Of a stretch of 64,000 nt of DNA, positions 18,389 to 27,305 are shown one piece after another (within the stretch, counting starts at the first letter, position 1; each line of letters opens with the position of its first letter). The position numbers and the translations under genes are program-made. Origin of the DNA: a virus; IMG/VR virus record IMGVR_UViG_3300033143_005193, positions 32,001-96,000 of that record; one strand, 5' to 3'. The notes below the pieces were generated by a model. The model was not told the DNA's origin. It ran no database searches and saw only the letters and a list, made by a program, of their open reading frames with translations.

Positions 18389-19462
18389 ATGTTGGTGCGA
18401 AGAGGCTATAAATATAGAATAATACCAACTAAAGAACAAGAGAAATCCTTGCTTCAACATGGCGGTAATACCAGATTCTTATGGAATTATGCTCTTAAAA
18501 CAAACCAAGATTATTATAAAGAAACTGGTAAATTTAAGTTTTATTATGAATTAGCTGCTTCATTACCAAAGCTTAAGGAAGAGTATCCCTTCCTTAAGAA
18601 ATCATTCTCACAGTCTTTACAAATGGTTTTAAGACAATTTGATAAGGCATTGAAAGATTTTTTTAAAAAAGAGAAAGGATTCCCAACTTTTAAAAAGAAA
18701 ATGTTGTTAAATGATAGCTTTACTTGCCCTCAAAAATGGCGATTGGGAAAAGGCTTTATTTTTATACCTAAGATAGGAGAAGTAAAATGGATAAAGCATA
18801 GGGCTATGAAAGGCAATCCTAAATCAATAACCATCTCACAGGATGGCAATAAATGGTATTGTTCTGTTTTATGTGAATATGAAATAATTGAAAAAGAAAA
18901 AGGTTTTACTGATATTGTAGGTTGCGATGTTGGGTTAAAAGAATTTGCCACACTATCTAATGGAACTATTATAAGCAATCCCAAACATATAAAAAAATAT
19001 GAAAAGAAGTTGGTAAAAGAACAAAGAAAACTAAGCAAGAAGAAAAAAGGAAGTAAAAACAGATTTAAACAAAGGCTTAAAGTTAGGAAGATTCAAAACA
19101 AAATAAGAAATGTTCGTAGAGATTTTCTACATAAAACATCTAATTCGATAGCCAAGAATTACGATGGAATATGTTTAGAAGATTTGAATATTAAAGGAAT
19201 GATGAAAAACCACTATCTCGCTAAGTCAATCAGTGATGTTTCGTGGTCGGAATTTAATAGACAACTTGAATACAAATGTAAGTGGAATTTTAAACATTAT
19301 ATTAAAATTGGAAGATTTGAACCAACAAGTAAAAAATGTTCAAATTGCGGATGTATTCAAGAAATGCCTTTGAGTAAAAGAATATTTAATTGTCCTGATT
19401 GTGGAGTGTCAATTGACAGGGATTTAAATGCATCTATAAATATCAAAAATATAGGATTTTAG
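18389..19462 (+). CDS. tnpB: RNA-guided endonuclease TnpB
   Basis: YKYRI.P HTH; RuvC GCDVG / LEDL / DRDLNA; CSNC..CPDC zinc finger. Confidence 0.93.
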   Translation: MLVRRGYKYRIIPTKEQEKSLLQHGGNTRFLWNYALKTNQDYYKETGKFKFYYELAASLPKLKEEYPFLKKSFSQSLQMVLRQFDKALKDFFKKEKGFPTFKKKMLLNDSFTCPQKWRLGKGFIFIPKIGEVKWIKHRAMKGNPKSITISQDGNKWYCSVLCEYEIIEKEKGFTDIVGCDVGLKEFATLSNGTIISNPKHIKKYEKKLVKEQRKLSKKKKGSKNRFKQRLKVRKIQNKIRNVRRDFLHKTSNSIAKNYDGICLEDLNIKGMMKNHYLAKSISDVSWSEFNRQLEYKCKWNFKHYIKIGRFEPTSKKCSNCGCIQEMPLSKRIFNCPDCGVSIDRDLNASINIKNIGF

Positions 19463-19593
19463 TAAACTAAGCAGAAGCCACGGGGCTTGCCCTGTGGAGT
19501 GTCACGGAATGATTTTCTATGCAATAAATATTTTTCAACAAAACAAGAAGAAAAAAATAAATCATTGATTATTGAGGAAATTGATTTAACTAT

Positions 19594-19809
19594 ATGAAAA
19601 AAATAATAATTCTTATAATATCATTGTTTTTGTTTACTGGTTGTGCTTCTACTTATGATAGAACTGAATCAATAATGATTGGTACTGGTGTTGGTATGAT
19701 ATCAGGAGTATTATTATTGAGCGGACCCGGTTCTATTGTTTTAAGTGGTGCTGCTGGTGGTTTAACTGGTTACACATATTACAAAATAAACGATAAGGAA
19801 AGGAAATAA
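19594..19809 (+). CDS. small lipoprotein with glycine zipper
   Basis: MKK + hydrophobic stretch + LFTGC lipobox; GxxxG repeats. Confidence 0.7.
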   Translation: MKKIIILIISLFLFTGCASTYDRTESIMIGTGVGMISGVLLLSGPGSIVLSGAAGGLTGYTYYKINDKERK

Positions 19810-19812
19810 AAT

Positions 19813-20265
19813 ATGGGAAAATTTGAAGATGTTACTGATGATGTTTATGAAATGTTGAGATCTATTATTAAAGATCATTTTCCTGAATTGGTAAACGCGG
19901 GGTTCAAGATTCTTTTTAGTACAAAGAAAAAAACATCTGGTGGTAAAATTTGTTTTGCTTGGATTCAGAAAACAAACGAATTAATTAGACACTTAACAAC
20001 CGAAGAATCCGGTAGCGAAGATGGTTATGATTATATTATATATATTGATAAACTTATATGGGATAATATAGAAGAGGCGGATAAAATTAGACTTTTGAGA
20101 CATGAATTAAGACATACTCATGTTGATTTAGAATCAAATAATCCTTATAAGATAAGAGGACATAGCATAGAAGATTTTTATTCTGAAATAGAATTAAATA
20201 AAGATGATCCGAGATGGGCTCAACGTGTTTCTGTTATAGCAGAAAGTCTTTATACTAGGGAATAA
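19813..20265 (+). CDS. putative phage metallopeptidase
   Basis: LLRHELRH (HExxH) followed by GHSIEDF. Confidence 0.7.
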   Translation: MGKFEDVTDDVYEMLRSIIKDHFPELVNAGFKILFSTKKKTSGGKICFAWIQKTNELIRHLTTEESGSEDGYDYIIYIDKLIWDNIEEADKIRLLRHELRHTHVDLESNNPYKIRGHSIEDFYSEIELNKDDPRWAQRVSVIAESLYTRE

Positions 20266-20267
20266 TA

Positions 20268-22448
20268 ATGAAAATAGAATTAAATTCCATTAAATTTAGA
20301 AATTTTTTATCATATGGTTCTAGATGGAATGAAGTTGATATTCTACCTGGAATGAATATTGTTTTAGGTAAAGATAAAGATACTGATATGAGCAATGGGG
20401 TTGGTAAGAGTGTGTTTTTAGAAACAATTCCATTTGCTTTATATGGTAAAGTAATAAGAGATATTAATAAAGCTGATATAGTAAATTGGAAAAATAGAAG
20501 AAATTGTGAAGTTGTATTAAATTTCACTAAAGGTAATAACAAATATACAATATTAAGAGCTATTAAGCCTGATAAATTTGAAATATATAAGAATGATGTA
20601 TTATTACCGAAAATGAATGCTAATGATTATCAAGATTTTTTAACTAATGAAATCATTGGTTATAATCTTGAGACATTTAAATCACTTATGCATACAAATA
20701 TAAAGAATAATACATCCATTCTTAAAATGAAAAAGCCTGAAAAAAGAAAAATGCTTGAATATATATTTGGGCTTGATTTGTTTACATTAGTTAATAAAGA
20801 AATAAACGATAAGATTAACTATACAGAAAATAAGATATATGATTATAACAATAAAATAGCTTTTAATGATACAAATATTTCAAATAGTTCATCTTTGATA
20901 GAAGATTATAAAAGAAGAATTAGAAACGTTGGTAATTCAAAAGATGAATTAGATGATTTAAAAGAAAAAATCAATAAGCTTCAAAAAAATCTCCAAGAAA
21001 CAGAATATGATAAGAAAGATGTTCAATTTATTCTTGATAATTTAAATCTTGAATATAATAACAATGACATAAAAATTAAAAATATAAATAATAAAATAAA
21101 AATAGCAAAGACTAAGAAATCTTCATCTCTTTCTTTTATAGAAAAATCCAAGAAAATGATAGAGAATGAAAGAAAGAGAAAAAAAGAAATAGAAGAAATA
21201 CAAAGTAAATATGGTGATCGTGAAAACATTGAGTCTAAAATAAAAGATATCAAAAAAATAATAGAAGAGTTAGAAAAAAATAAAGAGTCACTAAAGGATA
21301 AGATAGATAAACAATCAAAAGAAGAAAATCTTCTTTCATATAAAATAAAAGAAATAGAAAAATTATTGAATAAATTGGGTGATAATAATAATTGTCCTCT
21401 TTGTGGTGCTGATCTAAAAAATAATAATCTATTAAACAAAAAGAAAGAAGAGTATAAAGTAATTATAAAGAATAAAGAAGAAATAAATGAAATATTAAAA
21501 AAACTTAAAGAAGACTTCAATACTAATAAAAAAGAAATAAAGAAAAATGAAGAAAATTTAAGAATTCATTCAAATATATTAACTAATTTATCATATCTCG
21601 AAAAGAATGAAATGAAAAATGATGAAAATATACCATCTATTGACAAAATTAAAAGATATGATAAAGCTATTAGAATTTTAGAGAATCTTATAAATGAAAT
21701 AGAAGAAAAGAATAAGAAAATATTGACAGACATAAATCTTAAAAATGAAATTCTTAATGATATCAATAAAATAGAAAAAGGTATTGAAATTTTAGAAAGA
21801 AAAATACAAGAAGTAAACATTAAAATAGAAAACGAAGAAAATCGTAAAAAAGAACTAAATGATATGATAAAAAATGAAGAAAAGAAGATTATATCATATC
21901 GTTCAGAAAATAAAGAATATCAGAAAAAATTAAAAAAATTAATTGAAATATTAGATCATTTTAAATTCTTAAAAGAATTATGTAAAGATGAAAATATCAA
22001 ACAATATGCTATATCATCTTTTATTCCGGGAATAAATAAAAGAACAAATGAATATCTTAATACAATAGGTCATAGTTTTTATACTACAATGAATAATTGG
22101 ATGGATATAACAATAAAAGGGCCTGGTAAACCAAATATTCCATATGATTCATTGTCAGGTGGTGAAAGTTGCTCGATTGATATGGCATTAAAACTTGCTA
22201 TGCTTGATTTTACCAGAATGGTATCAGAATCATATCCAGATCTTATTGTATTTGATGAATTGTTGGATACTTCTGTTGACAGTATAGGAATTACAAATAT
22301 GTTAAAAATTGTTGAACAGAAACAAAAAAGAGAAAATGGTAAGTTTTTTATTATAAGCCATAGAACAGAAATAGGTGAATTATTGGAACCTGATAATGTT
22401 TATTTTGTTGAGAAGTCCAATGGCTTTTCAACTATTACGATTCGATGA
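20268..22448 (+). CDS. recombination ATPase gp46 (Rad50/SbcC-like)
   Basis: FRNFLSYG, NGVGKS Walker A, CPLC zinc hook, LSGGE signature, VFDE Walker B, ISH. Confidence 0.95.
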   Translation: MKIELNSIKFRNFLSYGSRWNEVDILPGMNIVLGKDKDTDMSNGVGKSVFLETIPFALYGKVIRDINKADIVNWKNRRNCEVVLNFTKGNNKYTILRAIKPDKFEIYKNDVLLPKMNANDYQDFLTNEIIGYNLETFKSLMHTNIKNNTSILKMKKPEKRKMLEYIFGLDLFTLVNKEINDKINYTENKIYDYNNKIAFNDTNISNSSSLIEDYKRRIRNVGNSKDELDDLKEKINKLQKNLQETEYDKKDVQFILDNLNLEYNNNDIKIKNINNKIKIAKTKKSSSLSFIEKSKKMIENERKRKKEIEEIQSKYGDRENIESKIKDIKKIIEELEKNKESLKDKIDKQSKEENLLSYKIKEIEKLLNKLGDNNNCPLCGADLKNNNLLNKKKEEYKVIIKNKEEINEILKKLKEDFNTNKKEIKKNEENLRIHSNILTNLSYLEKNEMKNDENIPSIDKIKRYDKAIRILENLINEIEEKNKKILTDINLKNEILNDINKIEKGIEILERKIQEVNIKIENEENRKKELNDMIKNEEKKIISYRSENKEYQKKLKKLIEILDHFKFLKELCKDENIKQYAISSFIPGINKRTNEYLNTIGHSFYTTMNNWMDITIKGPGKPNIPYDSLSGGESCSIDMALKLAMLDFTRMVSESYPDLIVFDELLDTSVDSIGITNMLKIVEQKQKRENGKFFIISHRTEIGELLEPDNVYFVEKSNGFSTITIR

Positions 22449-22477
22449 ATTGTATGAATCCGTACAATGAGTTTTTT
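22449..22477 (+). terminator. possible weak intrinsic terminator
   Basis: ATTGTATG-AATC-CGTACAAT stem followed by GAGTTTTTT. Confidence 0.3.
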
Positions 22478-22519
22478 GATAATATATTATTACTAATATA
22501 AAAAGGGGAATAAAATTAA

Positions 22520-23671
22520 ATGACTGATAATGTTTTTAACGCTTTAAAAGATAAAATAAACAAGAATATAAAAGGAGCCCATGTATCAATCTTAGAGGAT
22601 TCTGATATTGCTTCGAGAAGAACATGGATAAAAACACCTGCTTATGATTTGAATAGAGTTTTGTCAGGTGATCTTTTTAAAGGAATTCAAAGTAGAAATC
22701 TTGTTGCTATTGTTGGTCCTGAACACACAATGAAATCTTCTTTCATGGTTTTATGTATGGCTGAAGCTCAAAAAAATGGTTTAAAACCAATAATTATAGA
22801 TACAGAAGGTGGAATAACAAGTGATTTTTGCAAAAGATGGGGATTGGATACAAAAAATATTCTATATATTTATACACCTTGGATACATGAAGTAAAATCT
22901 ATTTTAGCTCAAATAAGAGAATCGGGTGAAGAAAATTATATCATAGGACTTGATTCCGTTGGTGGTTTAGATAAAATTAAATCATATGAAGATGCTCTTT
23001 CTGGTGATCCAAAAGCAGATCAAGGCGCTCTTCAAAAAGAAATAAGAAGTACTTTAAAACTATTTCTCAATATATGTATCGCTCAAAATTCTATGGGGAT
23101 ATGTACTGGTCACTTATATGGATCACCCGGTGGTTTTTTTCCTATGCCTGATCAAATTGGTGGTGGAAAAGCTATGAAGCTCTTTCCTTCTGTAATAATA
23201 AGTCTAAAAAAGTCAAATATTGTTTCTGAAAAAAAGGTAATAGGTAGTGAAATCAAAGCAACTACATTAAAAAATAGATTATATCCACCATTTCAAGAAG
23301 CTACGGTAAAATTAAATTATATAGAGGGAATTGATCCTTTTGCTGGGTTGATTGATTTGGCCTTAAAAGCTGGTATTATAGAAAAAAGTGGTTCTTGGTA
23401 TTCTATGGGTAATGTAAAGCTTGGTCAGGGTGTTGATAATGCAATGAAAACATTAACTAATAGTGATGTTGGTGATAAATTTCTTATAAAATTGAATTCT
23501 TGGTTATCCAAAACAGGATATTCTTCAATTAATAAAGAACTAAAAGAAGCAGCTGAAGATTTAATGAAAGACATTTCTGAAGAATCTAAAGACGTTTCTG
23601 GTGAATCTAAAGATGTTTCTGAAGAAAAAAATATAAAAAAATCTAAAATAAAAATAAATAAAGATAAATAG
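22520..23671 (+). CDS. uvsX: RecA-like recombinase UvsX
   Basis: GPEHTMKS P-loop, IDTEG, LDSVG, GGG.A, K.GSWY. Confidence 0.9.
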   Translation: MTDNVFNALKDKINKNIKGAHVSILEDSDIASRRTWIKTPAYDLNRVLSGDLFKGIQSRNLVAIVGPEHTMKSSFMVLCMAEAQKNGLKPIIIDTEGGITSDFCKRWGLDTKNILYIYTPWIHEVKSILAQIRESGEENYIIGLDSVGGLDKIKSYEDALSGDPKADQGALQKEIRSTLKLFLNICIAQNSMGICTGHLYGSPGGFFPMPDQIGGGKAMKLFPSVIISLKKSNIVSEKKVIGSEIKATTLKNRLYPPFQEATVKLNYIEGIDPFAGLIDLALKAGIIEKSGSWYSMGNVKLGQGVDNAMKTLTNSDVGDKFLIKLNSWLSKTGYSSINKELKEAAEDLMKDISEESKDVSGESKDVSEEKNIKKSKIKINKDK

Positions 23672-23699
23672 AAACGAGTGTTAAAATGGAAGTAATATA

Positions 23700-23903
23700 A
23701 TGAAAAAAGAAACATATTTAAAATTAAAAAAAATAAGCTTAGACGAAATCAATAGTTTCGTTAATATTTTAAATATAGGTGATAAATTTTCATTAAAAAA
23801 GACGGATAATTTAAAAAAAGGTAATTATATAACTTATTTAGAAGTTATAAATATAAAAAAGAATTCTGTAGAATACATTATAAAAACAGAAAAATTAGAA
23901 TAA
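23700..23903 (+). CDS. hypothetical protein
   Basis: 67-aa ORF within the operon. Confidence 0.5.
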   Translation: MKKETYLKLKKISLDEINSFVNILNIGDKFSLKKTDNLKKGNYITYLEVINIKKNSVEYIIKTEKLE

Positions 23904-23908
23904 GGAGA

Positions 23909-24292
23909 ATGAAAAATATGGCTATTGAGGTATTTAAAATTAAGTACACAAGACCTTTGTTAGACAAGAATATTAATTGGACTGCTCATATTGCAGCGTA
24001 TTCTTTTCAAGAAGCACAAAATTATCTTTTGAAAACAGTTGGAACTAAAGTGTATATCAATGAATATACATCTGTTTGTAGATTAGATGCTATTTCTGAT
24101 GAGGTAAGGAGTAAAATTGTTGGGAAGTCTGTTCAAAACGAACCAAAAAGTCAGGATAAAAGTGTTAGTAAAACCGAAGAAACTAATAATGAAGAAAAAA
24201 GAGTTGGTAGGCCATCTGGTCCATCTAGTGTTAAAAAAGATACTAAAAGGATTTCAATAGGTAGTAATAAAACCGAAAAGAAAGAAGACTAA
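23909..24292 (+). CDS. hypothetical protein
   Basis: AAGGAG SD; low-complexity C-terminus with a GRP motif. Confidence 0.6.
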   Translation: MKNMAIEVFKIKYTRPLLDKNINWTAHIAAYSFQEAQNYLLKTVGTKVYINEYTSVCRLDAISDEVRSKIVGKSVQNEPKSQDKSVSKTEETNNEEKRVGRPSGPSSVKKDTKRISIGSNKTEKKED

Positions 24293-24322
24293 TAATATGT
24301 GAATATTAGAAAGGAATTTGTA

Positions 24323-24790
24323 ATGAGTGAAATAAGATTTTTTAAAGGTGATAATAATTGGTTATCTAATTTTTATCCATGTGAATTTGTCGATAAGTTT
24401 GGTAATAAATGGAAATCAGTAGAACATTATTATCAGGCAAATAAATGCGCAGATAAAAAAGATTTTGAAATGATTATGAATGCTAAAACAGCTAAAGAAG
24501 CAAAACGTTTAGGTAAAAAGGTTAAATTAAACGAAGATTGGAATTCAATAAAGTTGACAATTATGTTCGAATGTGTTAATATGAAATTTAATCAAAATCT
24601 TTTTTTGAAAAAAATGTTACTATCTACTAATTGTGTAAAATTAATCGAAGGTAATTATTGGCATGATAATTACTGGGGAAATTGTTATTGTTCCAAATGC
24701 TATGAAATTGATGGTAAAAATTATCTCGGAAAAATCTTAATGATGGTAAGAAAAAATATAGGAAAACAATATAATGATAGGTGCTTTTAA
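24323..24790 (+). CDS. NADAR (YbiA-like) family protein
   Basis: LSNFY..SVEHYYQA.K..AKRLG..W..IM..KF.QN..L.EGN.W.D.YWG..G.N.LG.ILM..R. Confidence 0.9.
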   Translation: MSEIRFFKGDNNWLSNFYPCEFVDKFGNKWKSVEHYYQANKCADKKDFEMIMNAKTAKEAKRLGKKVKLNEDWNSIKLTIMFECVNMKFNQNLFLKKMLLSTNCVKLIEGNYWHDNYWGNCYCSKCYEIDGKNYLGKILMMVRKNIGKQYNDRCF

Positions 24791-25610
24791 TATAGAAAAC
24801 AAAATGTTTTCAAAATTATCAGAACAAATATCATTGATTGATATAACTGATAATATTAACAAAAAGGTTGATGGTATAATATTAAAATGGATACCATTAT
24901 CTCAAAATGAATTATCTATAAAACAAATTCAGTTAATAGAAAAATATGTTAAAAAAATGCCAATTATAGTTATAGATAAATCAATGACAATTAATAGTAA
25001 AGAATATAATTGGCTCAAAAAATTTAAAGTTAAATTATATGAACCAGCTGTAAAAAATAGAGAATGTTTTAATTTTTTACCTGACTTTATTGATTTTTCT
25101 GAAATATCATTTAATAATGAAAGTAAAAAATATGATATAGCATATGAAAATGATGTTATATTGGATAATTTTGAGAAATACTATTGCTTGTTAAGTGATA
25201 AATATTCAATAAAAATTCCATGTAAAATATATAATATATCAAAGGAAAAAAAAGAAGTTTATAAAAAACTAAATATAGATTTTGAGATACCTTTTGATTG
25301 GAAAGATGTATCAACAACTGTAGTTATTGGTACAAAAAAAGATTATAAAATAGGTAACCTAAACGTTAATTTATTTAGTAAAATTAAATATGGTTGTTTA
25401 CCTTTAATACCAGAAGAACATAGATTTTTTGGTTCTTTGATGGAAACTTTAATAAAAAACCACCGTGATGTTTATTATTATTTAGGATATGATAAAAAAA
25501 TAAGATCAATATTATTGAATGATGTTTTAAAAAGATTAAAACATCATTATCCAGAATTTACAATAGAATATCAAATAGATGAATTAACAAATTTTTTTAA
25601 AAAATCTTAA
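24774..25610 (+). CDS. hypothetical protein, possible divergent GT-B glycosyltransferase
   Basis: C-terminal TVVIG.K.DY..G......IKYGCLPLIPEE weakly recalls the GT-B C-domain. Confidence 0.4.
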   Translation: MIGAFNIENKMFSKLSEQISLIDITDNINKKVDGIILKWIPLSQNELSIKQIQLIEKYVKKMPIIVIDKSMTINSKEYNWLKKFKVKLYEPAVKNRECFNFLPDFIDFSEISFNNESKKYDIAYENDVILDNFEKYYCLLSDKYSIKIPCKIYNISKEKKEVYKKLNIDFEIPFDWKDVSTTVVIGTKKDYKIGNLNVNLFSKIKYGCLPLIPEEHRFFGSLMETLIKNHRDVYYYLGYDKKIRSILLNDVLKRLKHHYPEFTIEYQIDELTNFFKKS

Positions 25611-25635
25611 AATATTGTGGAAAGGAATAAAAAAA

Positions 25636-25947
25636 ATGGGAAAATGTGATATAACAATTAATAAGGGACTTACAATTAACGATGGTAATTATGAATCATT
25701 AAGACCAGATGTAAGTGTAACATTTAAAGATGTTGATGTTGAAACATTGAATTCATTCTATGAAAAAGCAGATGATTTGGTTGGTGATTTGTTGGTATTG
25801 AATACCGCTTCCTTGAAAAATATTAAAAATGTTATAAAATATGAAAATCTTGAAAATGTTGTGAATGATATTTTAAAAAATGTTATAAAACATGAAAATC
25901 TTGAAAATGTTGTTGATGATGTTTTAAAAAATTTTGAAAAGTTATAA
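25636..25947 (+). CDS. hypothetical protein with an internal 17-aa duplication
   Basis: TINDGNYESLRPDV; KNVIK(Y/H)ENLENVV.D.L twice. Confidence 0.65.
   Translation: MGKCDITINKGLTINDGNYESLRPDVSVTFKDVDVETLNSFYEKADDLVGDLLVLNTASLKNIKNVIKYENLENVVNDILKNVIKHENLENVVDDVLKNFEKL
25825..25926 (+). repeat. 2 x 51-nt tandem duplication
   Basis: aaaaatgttataaaa(t/c)atgaaaatcttgaaaatgttgt.. occurs twice. Confidence 0.8.
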
Positions 25948-25971
25948 AATTAATATTGTAAAAAATATAGT

Positions 25972-26634
25972 ATGAATAAAATAAAAATCATTAAATGTGA
26001 TAAAAACCCAAAAGTTCTTATAGTCACTCCTTTATTACCAAAAGATAAAATAAGCAAAGAAACAAGAAAAAGTATAAAAAAGACAAAAACATCTATATTT
26101 TGGATATCATCCTCTGGTGATAATAATATACCAACAAATGCCAGAATTGGCATAGATTGGTATAAAGAAAAATATGGTAAGTTACCACCATATTATATAA
26201 TGATTGATAATGATATAATTGCCAATAAAGGAATGATTGATAAACTGGTTAGAACTTTAGATGAATGTAAAGATGAAAATGTAGCATATGCTTATGCTTC
26301 TTTTGAATTTAAAGGATATGTTAATATCAAATTTATTGCTAAAAAATTTGATGTAAAAAGACTATTGAATAATAATTATATATCATCCAATAGTCTTATA
26401 AAAACATCTATAATTGAAAAAATAGATTTTGTTTATGATAATAAATATAAAAGGTTACTTGATTGGGCTTATTGGTTAAAACTTCTTAAAAATGGATATA
26501 TAGGAATATCCTGTCCTGAAGCTCATTTTATAGCCAAATCAAGCGCTAATGATGTTTCAGCTGGATCTTCAAAAGATTTTAATTTAAAGAGAAATAGAGT
26601 AGTAAAAGATTTTATTTTACCTATGTCAAATTAG
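25972..26634 (+). CDS. GT-A (GT2-like) glycosyltransferase
   Basis: IMIDND (DxD), NNYISSNSLI, LLDWAYWL. Confidence 0.75.
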   Translation: MNKIKIIKCDKNPKVLIVTPLLPKDKISKETRKSIKKTKTSIFWISSSGDNNIPTNARIGIDWYKEKYGKLPPYYIMIDNDIIANKGMIDKLVRTLDECKDENVAYAYASFEFKGYVNIKFIAKKFDVKRLLNNNYISSNSLIKTSIIEKIDFVYDNKYKRLLDWAYWLKLLKNGYIGISCPEAHFIAKSSANDVSAGSSKDFNLKRNRVVKDFILPMSN

Positions 26635-26761
26635 ACCAGACAAAATCATTTGAATTATTAGTCCAAACGTTAGAATTTTCCCACTCATCTTCCATAAGAT
26701 CTTCCATCAAATCTTCTGTTTCTTGAATTTCTAAAATACTATCAAGGATATCATCAAACAT
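26621..26761 (-). CDS. small acidic protein (46 aa)
   Basis: Not in the track; AAAGGAAAGGA SD; MFDDILDSILEIQETEDLMEDLMEDEWENSNVWTNNSNDFVWSNLT. Confidence 0.55.
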   Translation of the reverse strand: MFDDILDSILEIQETEDLMEDLMEDEWENSNVWTNNSNDFVWSNLT

Positions 26762-26780
26762 TTTTCAATTCCTTTCCTTT

Positions 26781-27305
26781 TTATATTTTTATAGTTTTAT
26801 ATTGGTTATAATACAAATACAAAGTAATCATATCAACACATTCTTTAACATTAAAAATCTCTGTATCACATATTATATCAAATTCTTTTGGGTCATCAAA
26901 AGGATCTTGAATTCCGGTCATATTAGTGATTTCTCCATTCAAAGCCTTTTTATATAGACCCTTAACATCTCTTTTTATACAAGTTTCTAAGGAAGATTTT
27001 ACCCATACACCAACATAATTTTCTATACTTTTTTTATTTTCAACCCTCATTTCTTCATACGGTGTTATAACCGAAACTATTACATTTATACCATTTCTAT
27101 TTAATAAGTTACATACCCATCTTATTCTTTTGATATTATTAATTCTATCCTGTCTATTAAAACCTAAATTTGATAAATTTTCTCTTATTTCATCACCATC
27201 CAATAATTCTACTGGTTTTTTTACGCGATCAATTAATTCTTTTGATATTGTTGTTTTTCCAGAACATGGTAAACCAAATAACCATATTGTTTTACCTGTT
27301 TTCAT
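26781..27305 (-). CDS. cysC: adenylyl-sulfate (APS) kinase
   Basis: IWLFGLPCSGKTT, LDGDEIR..LGF...DR..N, RDVKGLYKKA..GEI..TGI.DP. Confidence 0.92.
   Translation of the reverse strand: MKTGKTIWLFGLPCSGKTTISKELIDRVKKPVELLDGDEIRENLSNLGFNRQDRINNIKRIRWVCNLLNRNGINVIVSVITPYEEMRVENKKSIENYVGVWVKSSLETCIKRDVKGLYKKALNGEITNMTGIQDPFDDPKEFDIICDTEIFNVKECVDMITLYLYYNQYKTIKI

Larger units (their letters stand above)
17715..19505 (+). mobile_element. IS200/IS605-family insertion sequence
   Basis: Target TTAT at 17711-14; left hairpin CCCCG..CGGGG preceded by AAAA; right hairpin CCACGGG..CCTGTGG preceded by GAAG and ending TCAC; carries tnpA and tnpB. Confidence 0.85.

Noticed and set aside
16328-19809. i-spanin / o-spanin pair (TM coiled coil plus lipoprotein)
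   Set aside because: The genes are separated by gp47 and not in a lysis context; the lipoprotein looks like a glycine zipper.
22715-22740. Non-canonical Walker A (GPEHTMKS) taken as an inactive RecA
   Set aside because: T4-type UvsX proteins normally deviate from GxxxxGK(T/S) at this position.
23568-23630. 3 x 21-nt repeat (KD(I/V)S(E/G)ES) in the UvsX tail
   Set aside because: Ordinary slippage in a low-complexity C-terminus.
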